NCBI GenBank assembly: GCA_050084985.1 | Contig: JBITNC010000001.1 | Location: 174,034,001-174,098,000 of the forward strand | Reading direction: 5' to 3' | DNA: 64,000 nucleotides | Source of the DNA: Nageia nagi | Lineage: Eukaryota > Plantae > Pinophyta | Part shown: positions 39,876-53,880 of the stretch, in pieces | Numbering within the stretch: the stretch's first letter is position 1 | How the letters are laid out: each line of letters begins with the position of its first letter | The notes under the pieces: model-generated | What the model saw: the letters and a program-made list of their open reading frames with translations, nothing else | Told to the model about the DNA's origin: nothing | Database searches by the model: none | Translations under genes and position numbers: made by a program

Positions 39876-41548
39876 ATGGCACTCACCATTTCAACTGTTC
39901 CATTTTCATCAGTGTTTTGTTCCTACCCAAATCAAAGAAGTCTCATTGTTCCATCAGCAGCTGTTGCACAATCCAAATCCACGACTTGGCCTAATTCAAT
40001 ATCTACCACTATTTCTCATTCAGCAAGAAATCATACAATCCCCATGGTAGCCTTCAATCCACAAGGGAATATAGATTTCCCCATGTACGATGAAGAAGGT
40101 AATACAAAATTCTCTCCACATTTCATAATTGAACTACAGAATTTATATATGTAAAAAACACCCAATAAGCTGCCAGCTGAATCACTATGGAAATGAAGCT
40201 ACCAGTATCAATTTAAGATATTTTTAAAACTATATTCCACAGTAATGCAGTTAACAAGTTCAGATGAATAGAAATATTAATATTAGTGTTGTTATTGATA
40301 TTAAATTTCCTATTAAATTCTCCAAGTTCAGTTTGATTGTCCTAATTCAAGTTTGTTTCCCAAAATTTAAGCTTTTAGATTTTAGAGTTTGCATCCAATT
40401 TGCGTTCATTTTGAAATTCATTTTGGAATTGATAAGAACCTTGTCATTAGTATTGATTTGTAACGTTAGATCAGACCATGTAAATGTGTTTGAGAATCCA
40501 TTGGTTGACATTCCTCTTCACTTATAATTGTCCTTTGTCATTGACTTGTGATAATTTAAGACACTATGGCTACTTTATCTGAGTTTGCTCTGCAATTATT
40601 CTGGGGGTTGCAAATGGGATTGCTAATTGGGTATTTTGATCTTCTACTGAAATGATTATAATTGGGTTTTCTGCTGGCAGAGATTCCGCAGATTGAACCA
40701 CCGCCACCGCCAACAGAAGGGCGTATTGACATTGTGATCAGTAATGATATGATTAGACGCCTTGATTTGTCGCCCGCACATGCAGTTCTGAAACGCTATA
40801 ACAAAGCAACAGGTGAAGAAACTGTGATTTTTGTACTTAGACAAGAATGGACACATTTTTTCCCCTCTGAGACCTAGCATAAGTTTGTTGTTTGGCTTCT
40901 GATTACAATGACCTTTTTGTTATGCTTTGCAGTGTCAGAATTATTTGGATTAAAAGCTAAAGTCCCATGGTTCTGTTCTTGGAATCTGATTTCAGGATTG
41001 CCCTAATACTCTCAGGTGATATTACAAATGACCCTAAAGTTCTCTTGGAACGAACTGTTGGCTTTGTCATAAACTATGAAAGAGACGATCCAAATGATCC
41101 TCGTGAGCTATCAGAATTTCCTGATATAAGACTATGGTTTGTAAGACTAGATTCAGTCTATCCCTGGATGCCAGTTGTACTGGACTGGAGAGCAGGAGAG
41201 CTTGCTAGATATGCTGCAATGCTTGTTCCGCATCAGGTGAAACTAAATGACCATTATGAAATAACATGGATTTATCTATGGGTGTTATGATGAGTAATCT
41301 TTGGAGTAGAGGGGAACTTACATTCAAACTACTTGTGTTTGCAGATGAGCATGAGGCAGGGAGTTGTCTTTAATCCAGAGGCCTTGGAATTATTTGCAAT
41401 GGAAAAACTCTTTGTAGTGTACACTTGGCTTAAGGACCACAATTTTGCAAAGCCTGTTGTGAAGACGCGTGATATGATGCGCATGCTTGGATTTGGAATT
41501 GCAGATGACCTGTATAAACTAATTGAAGCAGATACTCCTTTGACATAG
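39876..41548 (+). CDS. CRR6: CHLORORESPIRATORY REDUCTION 6, chloroplast NDH complex assembly factor (4 exons, 259 aa)
   Basis: Exons 39876-40098, 40681-40812, 41016-41236 and 41345-41548; all GT-AG, phases 1/1/0, total 780 nt. Ser/Thr-rich transit peptide. Motifs [75 protein letters not shown]. Confidence 0.95.
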
Positions 41549-42199
41549 CATGGACATATTTTCAAGTTGAACAACCATCCTTCTGTGAGAAAAGGTGAAA
41601 CATGTTCAATTTCTATATATATTGCTGCCTCATCACACACAGATTACCATAAAATTTATGGGAGACAACTATTTTGACTGCAAGAGTGGTTATAAAATGA
41701 TGACAACTGAATTGCAAATGTTGGAAGCATTAGATTTGCAAAGGAACTCAATAGCTTTACCAAATCAAGTATGATTCACAGTATCTGCTTAAGATTGTTT
41801 TTCAATTGAAACCCAATTGTTTTAATTCATGGTGCAATCTAAGCAAGTATATGATCTATCTTGATCAGATAATGATGTTGCTTACCCTTTTGAGGAGAAT
41901 AGGCACGTTTCTGACGAATGCAATGTCATATTGAGTAAAAAGGCGATGGTGTTTAGATTGTCTGACAAATATAACAAATTGCATGACTGGAAAACCATTG
42001 TACAATCTAAAAAATACCTAAATTTAAAGATATGAAGTTTGTTGCATTAATAAATCGTACCTCGTGACAAAATGTGGCCAGTTTTTCCTTGAACACTAAA
42101 GTGACATTAGCATATATGTTTTTGAAGTTCACAGCATGCTAATGAATCTTACACAAAAGACTCACGAAAGCATCTCACCATTTACTTTTAAGGAAAAGA

Positions 42200-43100
42200 C
42201 AAATACATAATGCTGCCAAACAGCTTTGCCATCAGGATGTGTTCCCATATACCTGGCAGCCTTGCAACCAGAGCTTATTCCTATCTTGATGCTGGGACTA
42301 CTATTCTAAATGCATAAAGAACTGCCTTTTCTAGCAGAAATTTATAAACAGAACTTTCCAAGAGGGTGTGACCATCTTAGTGAACCTTTAAATAGAATCC
42401 TAATAGTTCTAACTGTATAAACAAGCTGACTTTCTAATTAAACCAACAGACTGAATTGGATCATTACTCCATCAATTGATACTTGCAACTTCACTATCTA
42501 GTATGCCACGTATTCTCCTATCATCTTTCAATCAATATAAAACTTTAAGCATGCTGCTCAACCAGCAAAACTGAAGCTGAATTCAAATTGGCCTGCACCA
42601 ACCTATTTTCTCCAAGAAATCCATCTACCTCATCTGATATTTTTCTTAACCAATTCACAGGTAATGTTTATAAGTTTGTATTGTGGTTATGGCAGATATG
42701 CCATCATAAAATGTTCAGTCTCTTCATGTTCCCTGTCTAGAATTTGTTGCAATTAATCAAATAACTATTCTTCATCTCTTGCTACTTGTTCACTACTATT
42801 GAATTCTTACAAATCTACTAAATTTGGAAAATATTCCAGTCCTTTGAACATGGAACCATAGGCATTAAAGGGAAATGTCTTTAAAATGATGTTCATTGTA
42901 TTTTAGTTTGCTATAAATGCCCAAAACTGTCTTTTTTAAGTTTACCGGAAAGCTGTCATCAACATTAAATCGTCGTCTCATCAACTTTTCCCTTGTATTT
43001 CTGACTTGAGTCCTAATTTGCAACTTCTCCTCAACCTATTTATGAAGACTTTTTGTTTGATCAGCAAATGCTTCTGCATCGACACCTCTCCTTAAATCTA
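42200..43100 (-). mobile_element. Highly decayed LINE endonuclease-like remnant
   Basis: Minus-strand NAYG (~42860) and ISDEVDGFL (~42620, resembling RLDRFL); very eroded. Confidence 0.3.
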
Positions 43101-44379
43101 TTGCTAATTTTAACAAATCAAAAACTCCCCTAGGAATTTATTCATAAGGAATCTTGATTGGATCAAACCTATGGATATATTATAAGAAAACAGAGCTTTG
43201 TACTTTGTACAACTTATCCCCTAGTACAAATGTCAACATATTTCTAAGGCTTTAGTTGATTATGTTGATCTATCTCATCCATTTGTCAATGATAAAAGCA
43301 AATTGAAGTTTTGTTCCCTTGTTTTGAAGAGTCCTTTACAAGTTACTGAACTCTTCAGGTGTCCAATGTGATGAATCTTTCTGATTGATCCCAAGCATGT
43401 GGATTCATACTCCTCACCACCACATGACACCCACATGCTTATCTTGGCTCACGTCATATTTCCTCTGGCCTCTCTTTTTTTAACTTTTTAATTTTATTTT
43501 CCTAGCCGATTCTTCGAGCTGGCAAAGAGGAAGATATAGGGTCAGGAAACAATCCTTACTAAACTCAAAACCTGGTCATATAGCAATATTTGCAAATCAT
43601 TCAAGCCTGTTACTTGGCAGGTCTTCCTTATGGCCATCTTCTCTTGTAGCCAATCACCATTACAACCTTTCTTCTTTTTTGTCCTGTACGACAGCCATCA
43701 TACTCTATCATCTGGATCCTCTTTCATGGCTTAGGTGTCTTCTTTAAGTCCAAGAATGGAGGCCAGAGGAAACATGAAGACTCTATATTCTCTTGATCCC
43801 TTCGATTCCTAGGTCTCTATTCATGTGTAATTGTTATTCAGGAGATTGTACATGCTGGGTTAGGCTTGATTGTTACTATGTCACCAATTGGCACAGTTTA
43901 TTGATATTTACATTGCCTTGTAGTCATTCTGTGGTACATTGGGACATTTACTTTTAGCATACATTCTAATTACTTGATACTTGAATATTCTCCTCCTTGG
44001 GCTGCCTTGTACTTCATTGTCTTGTCCTATCTTTAAATTTCAGTTCAGAGACGTCCTTCGATATCCCCCTTTGAGGGTTTTACTCAAATATGGAAGAGAC
44101 TCAACATAACCTTTATTTCATTCCCAAAATTTGCGTATCTTCTTGGAAAAGAAGCTATCTACTATCTGCATTAGTTGCATTGGTGTCCACATAAAAAAAT
44201 TTGGGCTGAATATAGTGAAGTCAGTTTTGAATGCTCCATGATTGTTGTTTTAAAAATTTTAAAAATCTTTTGGACTGCTATTGGCTTGAGAAATGCTTTA
44301 CTCTTAAAAACATCTGTTAGGCATATGAAATTGAAATTATAAATAAAGTTTAGTAGAATTTGATAAAAGCGTGAACACT

Positions 44380-44640
44380 TCCAGTCTCTATAGTGTTAAT
44401 TTGAATTGGCCATTCCAAATGACTCTTACCTTCACTGGATCTCTACAGTAATAGGATTTGTTGTCTTTGCTCTCTCTAGGAAGTAGAGAATGATAAACAT
44501 TTGATATTTCAATGTCCCACATATTACGAGATTTGGGGAAAATATCATTGCCTAGAAAAAGGATCTAGGGGTCCTTATCCACTTTTTTTCACTAGCTTGA
44601 CCAAAGATGCTTGGCCCTTTTCCTCAATGAGGTTACTATC
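44380..44640 (+). mobile_element. LINE 3'-end fragment with a Cys/His zinc-knuckle-like motif
   Basis: C.LC...EVENDKHLIFQCPTYYEIWGKY. Confidence 0.45.
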
Positions 44641-47600
44641 TTCAAACATAAAGCTCTACAACAAAGATATCCCTCAGACTACTAGGTTCGTACATAGTCA
44701 CAAGTGTACTCCAACACTCCCATCTTTGCCCTCAATGTCACTTATCAACCATTGTTGTCATCATGGACCATTTATCTCCCCCTGCTTGCACCTAGTCTAG
44801 GGAGACAATCTTGCACCACGAACATTTTTTTCTATTATAGAGTATCCTTCAACCATGGATGTTAGAAGAGATTCCAAGGAGATCCAACTTGGTCTTACTA
44901 GCTCCAAGCAATCATCTTTGAAGGTGAACAAATCTATCATTGGCCCTTTCACAATGGTGGATGATGACACTACCATTTCCACCACCTTGGACTTGTGATA
45001 TCTCTAGATAGGCTCTTTCAATGTTGTTGAATATTCACTAGCCTCTCTTTTGATGATAAACTATTGTTTTTATAGCCTTGTTGTTTCGGTCCCTAGGGTT
45101 CTCAAACCCTAGCACTTGTTCTTTTTAGTTGGATGTCCCTTGAGTCCCATTAAATGATCTCTAGTTACCAATGGAAATTTTATGTTTTCTATCCTTTTTT
45201 CTATAACCTTGGTTAAAACCCTTGAAGATACAAATTTGAATTGATAAATATAATGTAAGGTGAGAAGTTCTCTTGTTCTTGGAGTCAATTCTCTTGTGGT
45301 GTATCATTTGTGCATTCTTAAAATCACTTAATCTTGTTGCATATTTATAATGGGGTCTCATACACCAAAGCTCTACTACTAGCTATGACCTTAAAAAAAT
45401 GACTATTACCTTTTCTATTTCTTAGAATTCATGCACAATTCAAATGATTTAATTAGGTGCTTTAAGTAGTAGAATTGAAGTTGTTGGATCTAACTATAGA
45501 TGGTTAAACTAGGATTTTCTATTTTGACCCTTGTCCATCTTGCCCTCACCAAACAAAACATCAAATAACCTTGTTATTATTCATTACAATAGCACTCCAT
45601 ACATAAGCTAGTGCTCTAAGTATTACAATTTTGAATAAACTATATGAAAAAATATAATCCTAACAATCCGTAAACAACTTATGTAGTTCTTTACTTGCCA
45701 CGATGACCATTGGAACTTTCTTTTCTCTCCTTTAAAAAGGTAATTTGTTTCCTCCTTGCAAAAAAGATGAATGATTAAAATCAGTAACCCTTCATTTAAG
45801 AATTTTTCTTGCAATCTTTACTTAGCAACTTATTGGTTGACTATTGAACTCTTGACTCTAGACTATGTTCTTCCTAAATGTTCTTGAGTCTTCGAGTAGG
45901 TTCATGATCTCTAATCACTTAAAGCTTATGGATTACTAGGATCTTTAAATACAAATCTCTACCTTTTAATTAATTATTTATTGTGCCAACAACTATATAT
46001 ATATATGATTCCAAAATATTGAAAACAAAAGCAATAACGATAAAATAAACTTGCAAAACACACACACAAGCTTGACACAGTTATTTATAGTCTCCCCTCA
46101 ATGTGAGTGTACATCCACTTCAACCAACCCAAATTTATCAATTAATTGAATGGAGAGATTACAAAGACAAGGCATAGTTGTTATTGTCTTCAAGTTTTCA
46201 ACAACATCAACTCCAACTCCTATTGTCTTCAAAAACTCCTCCTCAACCAATTGCATTCGGTCTACAACTTGTAATAGCTTCAAGAATGATAAAACCCACT
46301 TCAAATCCTACAAATCCTTTAACCATGAATCAACAACCTTCTATGAAGTGTTCAAGCACTATATAGGTTGAAATTGGTGCCCCTTCAATTGCCAACAACT
46401 CCCTAACTCCTCAAACGACTCCAAACGACTAAGAAACAATTAAAGTTACCTGAAACATGCTCTATTCTCTTGATGTTGACGTTTCCTAAAGCCTTGATGT
46501 TGATAGTCTGTTAGACACTCGAGTCAAACATCAAGTTGACTCCCAATTTAAATTAGTCATGCAAAAGATTGTTTCAAGGTCCAGTTCATGTCAAAGCACA
46601 CCCAAACTCCTCCATAATGCATCGAACACTGAACACTATAATCTCCCAAAATGCTAACACCATATTCATCACCAAGCCTAGCAGTCATAGGAGCATTGAT
46701 GCCAAGCTCAATGAACATATGTACACCAAACAAAATGACTATATCAAATATTGAACATGAAGATCTCTAACAATGATCCCCACTCCTAGAATTTGATCTT
46801 CTGATCACACCTCCCCAATGAGGAGGCATTTGGTCCCACAAATTTTTAATTTTCAATAAGATGAGGGAATAATTTATCCACTTTAATCTTATCATACCAT
46901 TTGGCTCTCTTAGGCAACTATCCTTTCAACCCAACTAGCCAAATCTCTTATTAAACCCTCCTCGTATTACGAACCTTATTATGCAAAAAAAGAAACCCTC
47001 CTTAAATTCATCTACTATTTATGAAACTAAATCATCAATAGATGGCAAGACTTGACTCACTTCTACCTCTTCTTCAAAAATCATGGATGGCTCAAACAAC
47101 TTCAAGTTCTCCACATTAACAACTGAATAAATATGCATACACGCAAGTATATTTAATATAAAGGAATTCTCACTTACTTGCATAACAATTTCAAATGGTC
47201 CATGTCTTAGAGGTTTCAATTTCTTTCCTAGTCCTCGTAACCTTCCTTGCTGAGATGTAACCAAACATTTTCTCCCACTTGGAATTTTTGATCAACTCTA
47301 TGTTGGTCATGCTTCAACTTGTATTTTGTTTGGCTAGTTGTAAGTTATTCTTGTACCTTGAGGTGAACATGCTAAATTCTATCAATGAGTTTTTCAATCT
47401 ACTCTTCATCCTTCAATATGGTCTCATTAGGATCTTGATGCTGCCCAAAAAAGCAAACAAATCATGATGGCAAAAATTACCCGAAACATGTTTCAAAAGG
47501 AGTTTTATTCATTGAAGTATGGATTGTCCTATTGGAGGAATGTTGAATATAAACAAGATGCTCATGACAAGTCTTTGGATGCTTTCCACAATTGTACTTT

Positions 47601-48099
47601 TGTCCCATTCACTACCCTAGTTTGTCCATTAGTTTGAAGATGAAAGGCAATAATTGCCCAAAAATCTAGAATCCCTATCAGAAACAATAGAAGTAGGTGA
47701 ACCAAAATGAACCCAAACATGAGAAAAGAAAAGGTTTGTTGCATATTGTCTTGAAATAGTCTTCTTAAATGGGATCAAAACACATATCTTACTGAATCTA
47801 TCCACCACTATAAATAGATAATCATGTCCTTTCTTTGGCATAGACAATCCTCCTATAAAATACATGGAATTTCTCTCCCAAGGTCTATTTGGTACTAGAA
47901 GTGGCTGATACAAATTCAATTTTATGTTGCTAGGCTTACTAGTGCAACACATCACATGACCAAGAGTACACTTTGCAACTTACTCTTGCATTTTGGACCA
48001 ATACATATACCTTTGAAGATTTGCAAGTGTCTTTCCTACTATAAATTGATTGGTTATCTAGGATTTATGTGAATGTCTTATCACTTGAATCATCTCTCC

Positions 48100-50412
48100 T
48101 TCTTATTCAAAATGGATCATATGATTTAAAACCAATTATGCTTAGAGTGAGGATTTGGTACACTCTCATACTTGGGTGATGTTTGGAGCTTTTCCTATGG
48201 GTCTTGTGGAATTTGTTTGCAATCAAACATGTAAAAATGGATCAATCATATTTGAGAAGTCATAAATATTTATGAAGGCATCCAATTGAGGTGATTTTTT
48301 TTCATTGGATAGTGTTCAAAGATACCTTTCCAACGAGTATATGCATTCCTACCTTTGTTAGAGGTTTAATCATCATACTTGATGTTTTTGCTCGAACTTT
48401 CCTTATGCTAAATAATTACCTATCAACGCCAACACTAGGAATCCTAAGGAACTGGGATCTCAAATTTTGTATTTTGCTAGTTTGGCATTGATGTATGTCA
48501 ATTTTCTTTCTAGGGACCAAGTACTATTGAAGAATAATAGTGCCAATGATGGATAAGTTTGACTTGACCAACTAGATGTTGACCTGACACTTGACTTGAC
48601 TCTTAGTGCCAACGCTGATGTCAACACCCATGCTAGGATTCTTATGGAGTTTAATCTTCATGTTTTAGGATTGGGTGCTTTAGCATCAGATAAAGTTCAT
48701 TTATTTATTTTTGTTAAGATTCTTGCATAGGAAGCTCAACGCCAATGTCAGTGGTCCAAAGTATGTTTCAGGGAAGTTGAAGCAATTCAAGTCATTTTGG
48801 AGTTTTTTGGGGAGTTGGAGAGTCATGTAACCATACAAGAGTCATTGGTTCTACCTACATATCCTTGAGGAGACATCATTTGAGCATAAGTGGGAGAACA
48901 AGAAGTACGTGGAAGAGAAAGAGAGTGTCTAAGAGAGGAAAAGGAGGTAGGCATTTTCCGTAGGCAGGATGCTACCACATGTGGTGTAAACCTAGCCAAA
49001 GATGGTGAGAATCTACTTCCTATGAGCCCACATATTCATTGTTTGGTTGTGCATAGATGGTGGAGAATGTTGTTGTTGGTGGTAAACATCCTACTATCAT
49101 GGTGATGGTTGAATGATGAAGTTGTTGCTACTGCTACTATTAGTTGTTAGGCAAAACATGATGGTGTAGACTATTGAGGATTATATTTTATGAATGGAGG
49201 CTATGAGTACCAAAAGTCTTCATGCTTGGAGTTTGATAGTATCCCTCTTATTTTAGGTAAATCATTTCCATGTTAGGAGAGCATGCTATAAGTGAGAGAG
49301 CTGTATCTTTTCATTTTCATGGATTTGGTGCCATATGTTTTGTGAGGAAATTTCATATTTTGTTTTGTTCATTATTCTAAGAATAGGATATTGAATGTAT
49401 GTTGAGATAGGATCACTTGGTGTGAGTGTGGTATTCATATCAAGGGTGACCATGCTAAGTGTGGCAGACTAGTATTGTGTTATCTTAACAAAGTATTGGT
49501 TTGAAAAGATCAAGTTGTATCCTCATACATTTTGGAGTAAAGGTTGAGGAAGCCTTCTTTAGTGATGTTTGAGTTTTGTTCCTATGATTTTATGAAGTAT
49601 ACTTGTAGAAATCATAGTGTCAATGTTGCATGTAGTGCTAATGTTGGGAAGTAAATTGGTGTGCAAAAAGGGACCTAAGATGAAGTATCATAGGGAATCA
49701 ACAAAAAGGGACTTGTATGAATTTTGGTTGTTGAAGATTGTCGCAACTAGAATGTTCTTGAAATATCTTTGAGGGTTGTAGATGAGTTTGTTGATGTTCT
49801 TGAGATTGAAGGGCTTGGAAGAAATTGCAAACTTTTGCAAAACCTTGTTGAGAGGCTTCAAGAAGTGTTGCAGATCTAATATAGTTGGTTGAAAAAGTAC
49901 AAAAGGAGTATTTAGTTATTGAAGGTAGTGTTGTTTCTCCATTTCTTATCATTGTAAACTCTCCATTCAATTAATTGATCATAAGAGGCTACTTGAAGTG
50001 GATGCACTCTCACATTGAGAGGAACCACTATAAATATATGTGTTCCATTTTGTGTATGTGCATTTTTTTTGTTGGTTGTGTTCAAGGTTGAAAATCAATA
50101 ATTTGACCACATGTAGGAGCATAGAAAATATTTGAACTACTATATATGTTATATTGGTTGTGTTTTTATGCATTTCCATAATCAGTAGGCTATGCAATAA
50201 GTTAACAAATGAAGACATGAATCTTTTAGTTAAGATGTTAGTATGCACATAGTGTTGAATTAGGGGCTAGCGTTAACACTGGCTCTAGTGCTGACGCTTG
50301 GTAAATGATCAATTTTGGCTATGAAATTTGAAGTTGTGTTGTTGAATAAAATGCATTTTTGAAGAATTTGTATTTGAAGATCCCAAAATAGCATAGCTTA
50401 TGGGTGATTACA
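48100..50412. mobile_element. ~2.3-kb insertion (probable solo LTR) splitting the gypsy integrase N-terminus
   Basis: Host reading ...LLYKFNNFCVVEG / EMIQVIRHSH is interrupted. The right end is GGGTGATTACA; the left boundary and TSD are ambiguous. Confidence 0.5.
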
Positions 50413-51619
50413 AATCACCTTCAACAACACAAAAATTATTGAACTTGTAAAGAAGTCTATCCTTAAGGTGAAAATCAACCCACCTCTTCACAATCTTATT
50501 TTGGTTTTGAAAACTATTGTAACTTTTGATAAACATTCTCAAAATTTGCATCTTTCAAATAAGCTTCATTCTATGATTAATGCAAAAATGGACAAAGATT
50601 CATTACCATAATCAATGTTGAAACACTCTATGATCCTAGCGTTGGAGTTGGTACTAGTGTTGGCATTGGTGGTATTGACAACATGTTTGCAATTTTGTTG
50701 GTGTTTCCCTTCTTGTACTTGATGATCAGTTTAAATTGTTGTAAAAACCCTATTCAATGAAAATTCCTTTTTAGCTAAACTTGGATTGAGTTTGTAGGTG
50801 TTGCAATGGCTGATGGTAGTATGGATCATTATCTCCTTTCCCACCAAGTAATGCTTCCACTTCTTCATAGCTTCAACCAATGTGAACAATTCCTTATAAT
50901 ATGTAGCATAATTCAACATAGTTTTATCAAACTTCTTTGAATAATAACAAACATGTTACCTTTTTCGCATCAAAATTGTCCCCATGGCACACTCACTTGC
51001 ATCAATTTCAATTTCAAATGGTTGTTGCAAATTAGAGAGTGCCAATATAGGTGCATTATTGATCTTTTTCTTCAAAGAGTCAAAAGATAATTATTTCGTT
51101 CTCCATTGAAAAACTTGCCTCTTTTTTGTAATATCATGCAAAGGAGAAGCAATTTGAGAAAAATTGGGAATAAATCTCCTAAGGTACTAAAATACCCCAA
51201 AGAAAATTCTAGTTTCAATGACATTTCTTGGCCTTAGCCACTCCACAATGGCACTAACTTTCTCAAGATCAATTCTAAGTCATCTTTCTCCAACAATGTG
51301 TCCTAAGTTATCAAGTTCGAGTTTGGGTTCGACACTCTTGGAGTTTGAATAAAATACCAAATGTTAAAAAATTCGAAATAAAATTCGATATGTTAAAAAA
51401 TGTACATATATGATATATCATAAAATAAATAATTTAGTAACAAAGAAACTAAAATAGAGACTCAAAACTAACATTAGTAATTCTATTTAAGAACACAAAA
51501 ACAAAGGTGATGATTCTCTCTAATATCCACTTGGTGCATCATCATGAAGCTTCATATCATAAAAAGCACAAGGAGGGTTGATTGATTCATGCTTATTTCT
51601 CTCAAAACTAGGTCCAATG

Positions 51620-53430
51620 TCCTCATGTTCATTTTCTATGACACATGGACAAGCTCACCCATCTTTCTAGATAATATGTTCCTCTTCTTAGTGTGAATAT
51701 GTTCAAAGATACTCCAATTTCTTTCACAAGCTGATGCACTTGAACATTAGCTTAAAATTCAAATTGCAAAACATTATAGATCGAGTGTTTTCAAACCATA
51801 GAAATCCCACCATACTCATGGTTTTGTAATTGTTCAATCCACTTTTATTGCAAAAGTACCAAATATACCTTCTTGAATTTTGTATGCCTTGAGTTTCTCT
51901 CTGAGCACTGTTGCTTCATTTGCATCTAGAATCAACCTTTCAATGGTTGCATAAAGACCATTCATCACTTCCTTGTCATGGTTTCTTTTCAACCCAAATA
52001 GTATAGGATCCAAATAACATCCAATACAATGCAAATCACTAAGCATCATCTTTCATATTTAGTCTATTATTTCCCATATTTATTTGTAATCTTCAACATT
52101 ATTAAAAGTCTTTGCAATGGCTTCTTTGCAACAACCCATACCCTCATAAATAAAATCCATAGTAAGTTTATCACTATCCACCTCTCTAAGCATATGTACT
52201 ATTGAATCACATATTTTAAGAACTTTTAAAGCATTATCCCAAAAAAGTGTTTTTCAAAATTGTTGATTCTATTTGTTTTCCTTTTTAATATTTTGAAAGA
52301 GAATTTTTTTTCCATATTGGATGACAAATAACACTTCTTAAAGCTGGTTTTTGTTCAACCATCCTTAGCAAAGTGATGTAAAAAGTTGCAAACCTTATAT
52401 CACAAGGTCTCAAGAGTTATTTGGATGCATTTTTTTATAGATACTCAATGTGATACAATGATTAAATATGAAGTTGGTAATGTTTTTTGTCCTTAGAACC
52501 ACCTCATGAACCCATGCAAGCCTTGCCAAATCATGAAGAAGTAGATCAATATAATGGGTAGCACATGAAGTCCATTAAATTGATGGAAACTTCTCCATTA
52601 TCATCTTTCCAACTCCCACACAATTTGTTGCATTATTTGTTACAATTTGGATAACATTTTCTAGTCGAACTTCAACTACTACCTCCTTTTAAAATTTTGA
52701 AAATGTAATTTGATGTTTTGATGATATTCATTACATCAATGGCCTTTAAGAACATTGCTCCTTGATGACATGACACTAACACATTAATCAAAGGCCTACG
52801 ACGTATATTTGACCAATTATCACTCATAATGGTACAACCAGTATCCTTCCATGGTTCTTTAATTGAGGATAACTAATTAGTTACTCTATCCTTTGATATT
52901 TCAAGAAGAGTACTCCTCAATGCTCCAAATCAAGGAGGTCAATACCCTTTACCATACTCTACAACCTTTTTGAAAGCATTTATTAAAAAAAAAGAAGATC
53001 ATTTGCTACATTAAAAGTAATAACACATGCATAGAACATGTCTACCACAATATCATCAACTTCTTATTTTTCAATTGATCTCCAAATATATTCAAATTCC
53101 CAACCACAATTGAATTTGACCTAACATTTGAAGATGAAACAAAAGAAGATGACTTAGCAATCTCTCTTTTAACCCTTACCCTCTTTCCTAAGATTTTACT
53201 TTTGTTTTGTTTTTAAAAATTGTTTTCTTTTTCAATTTCTCTTTTATCTTCAGAGTAATTTTTTTGTACCCATCCAAACCACCTCCTCAACCATTGCTTG
53301 AACAAAAGAGATAGTCTACTGCTCGTGTCAATGAACCTGTGAAATGATGTCCACATAGTGTACATGTCCATTTATTCAAAGGTTCTCTTGTCATATATTT
53401 CCACGTTTCTATAGTTGATTTTATGTGCCA
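51620..53430 (-). pseudogene. hAT transposase pseudogene (DUF659-type core and C-terminal dimerisation domain)
   Basis: WKDTGCTIMSDNWSNIRRRPLINVLVSC; VIQIVTNNATN; WTSCATHYIDLLLHD; LHCIGCYLDP; SSASACERNWSIFEHIHTKKRN; many stops. Confidence 0.88.
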
Positions 53431-53459
53431 TTGCTTTTCTGCAAAAAAAAATACAATAT

Positions 53460-53880
53460 ATCATTTAGGTTTTACTTTCTACAATTAAATATAATGTTTT
53501 AATATAAAAAATATTATATTCAAATGTAAATATAAATTTACATTTACAATTAAATTTAAATTACTTAAGAATCAAAACTAAAATATTATAATTAAATTTT
53601 AATGTAAATATAAATATGAATATAATAATACATTATTATTAAATATAAAATAAAATATTTACAATTAAATATAAAACATTACAATTAAATATAATAAAAT
53701 ATTGTATAAAAGAATATAATAAAAATAAAATATAATATTTACAATTAAATTTAAATTACAATTAAATTAAATATTAAAATTTAAATTTAAACATAAATGT
53801 AAATTAACATTATAAATTTATAATAAATAAAACATAAACATAATACAAAATAAAGTTTAAACCATAAAATTAAAACATTA
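53460..53880. repeat. Very AT-rich low-complexity tract inside the hAT element
   Basis: Repeated ACAATTAAAT(A/T)TAA units. Confidence 0.7.
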
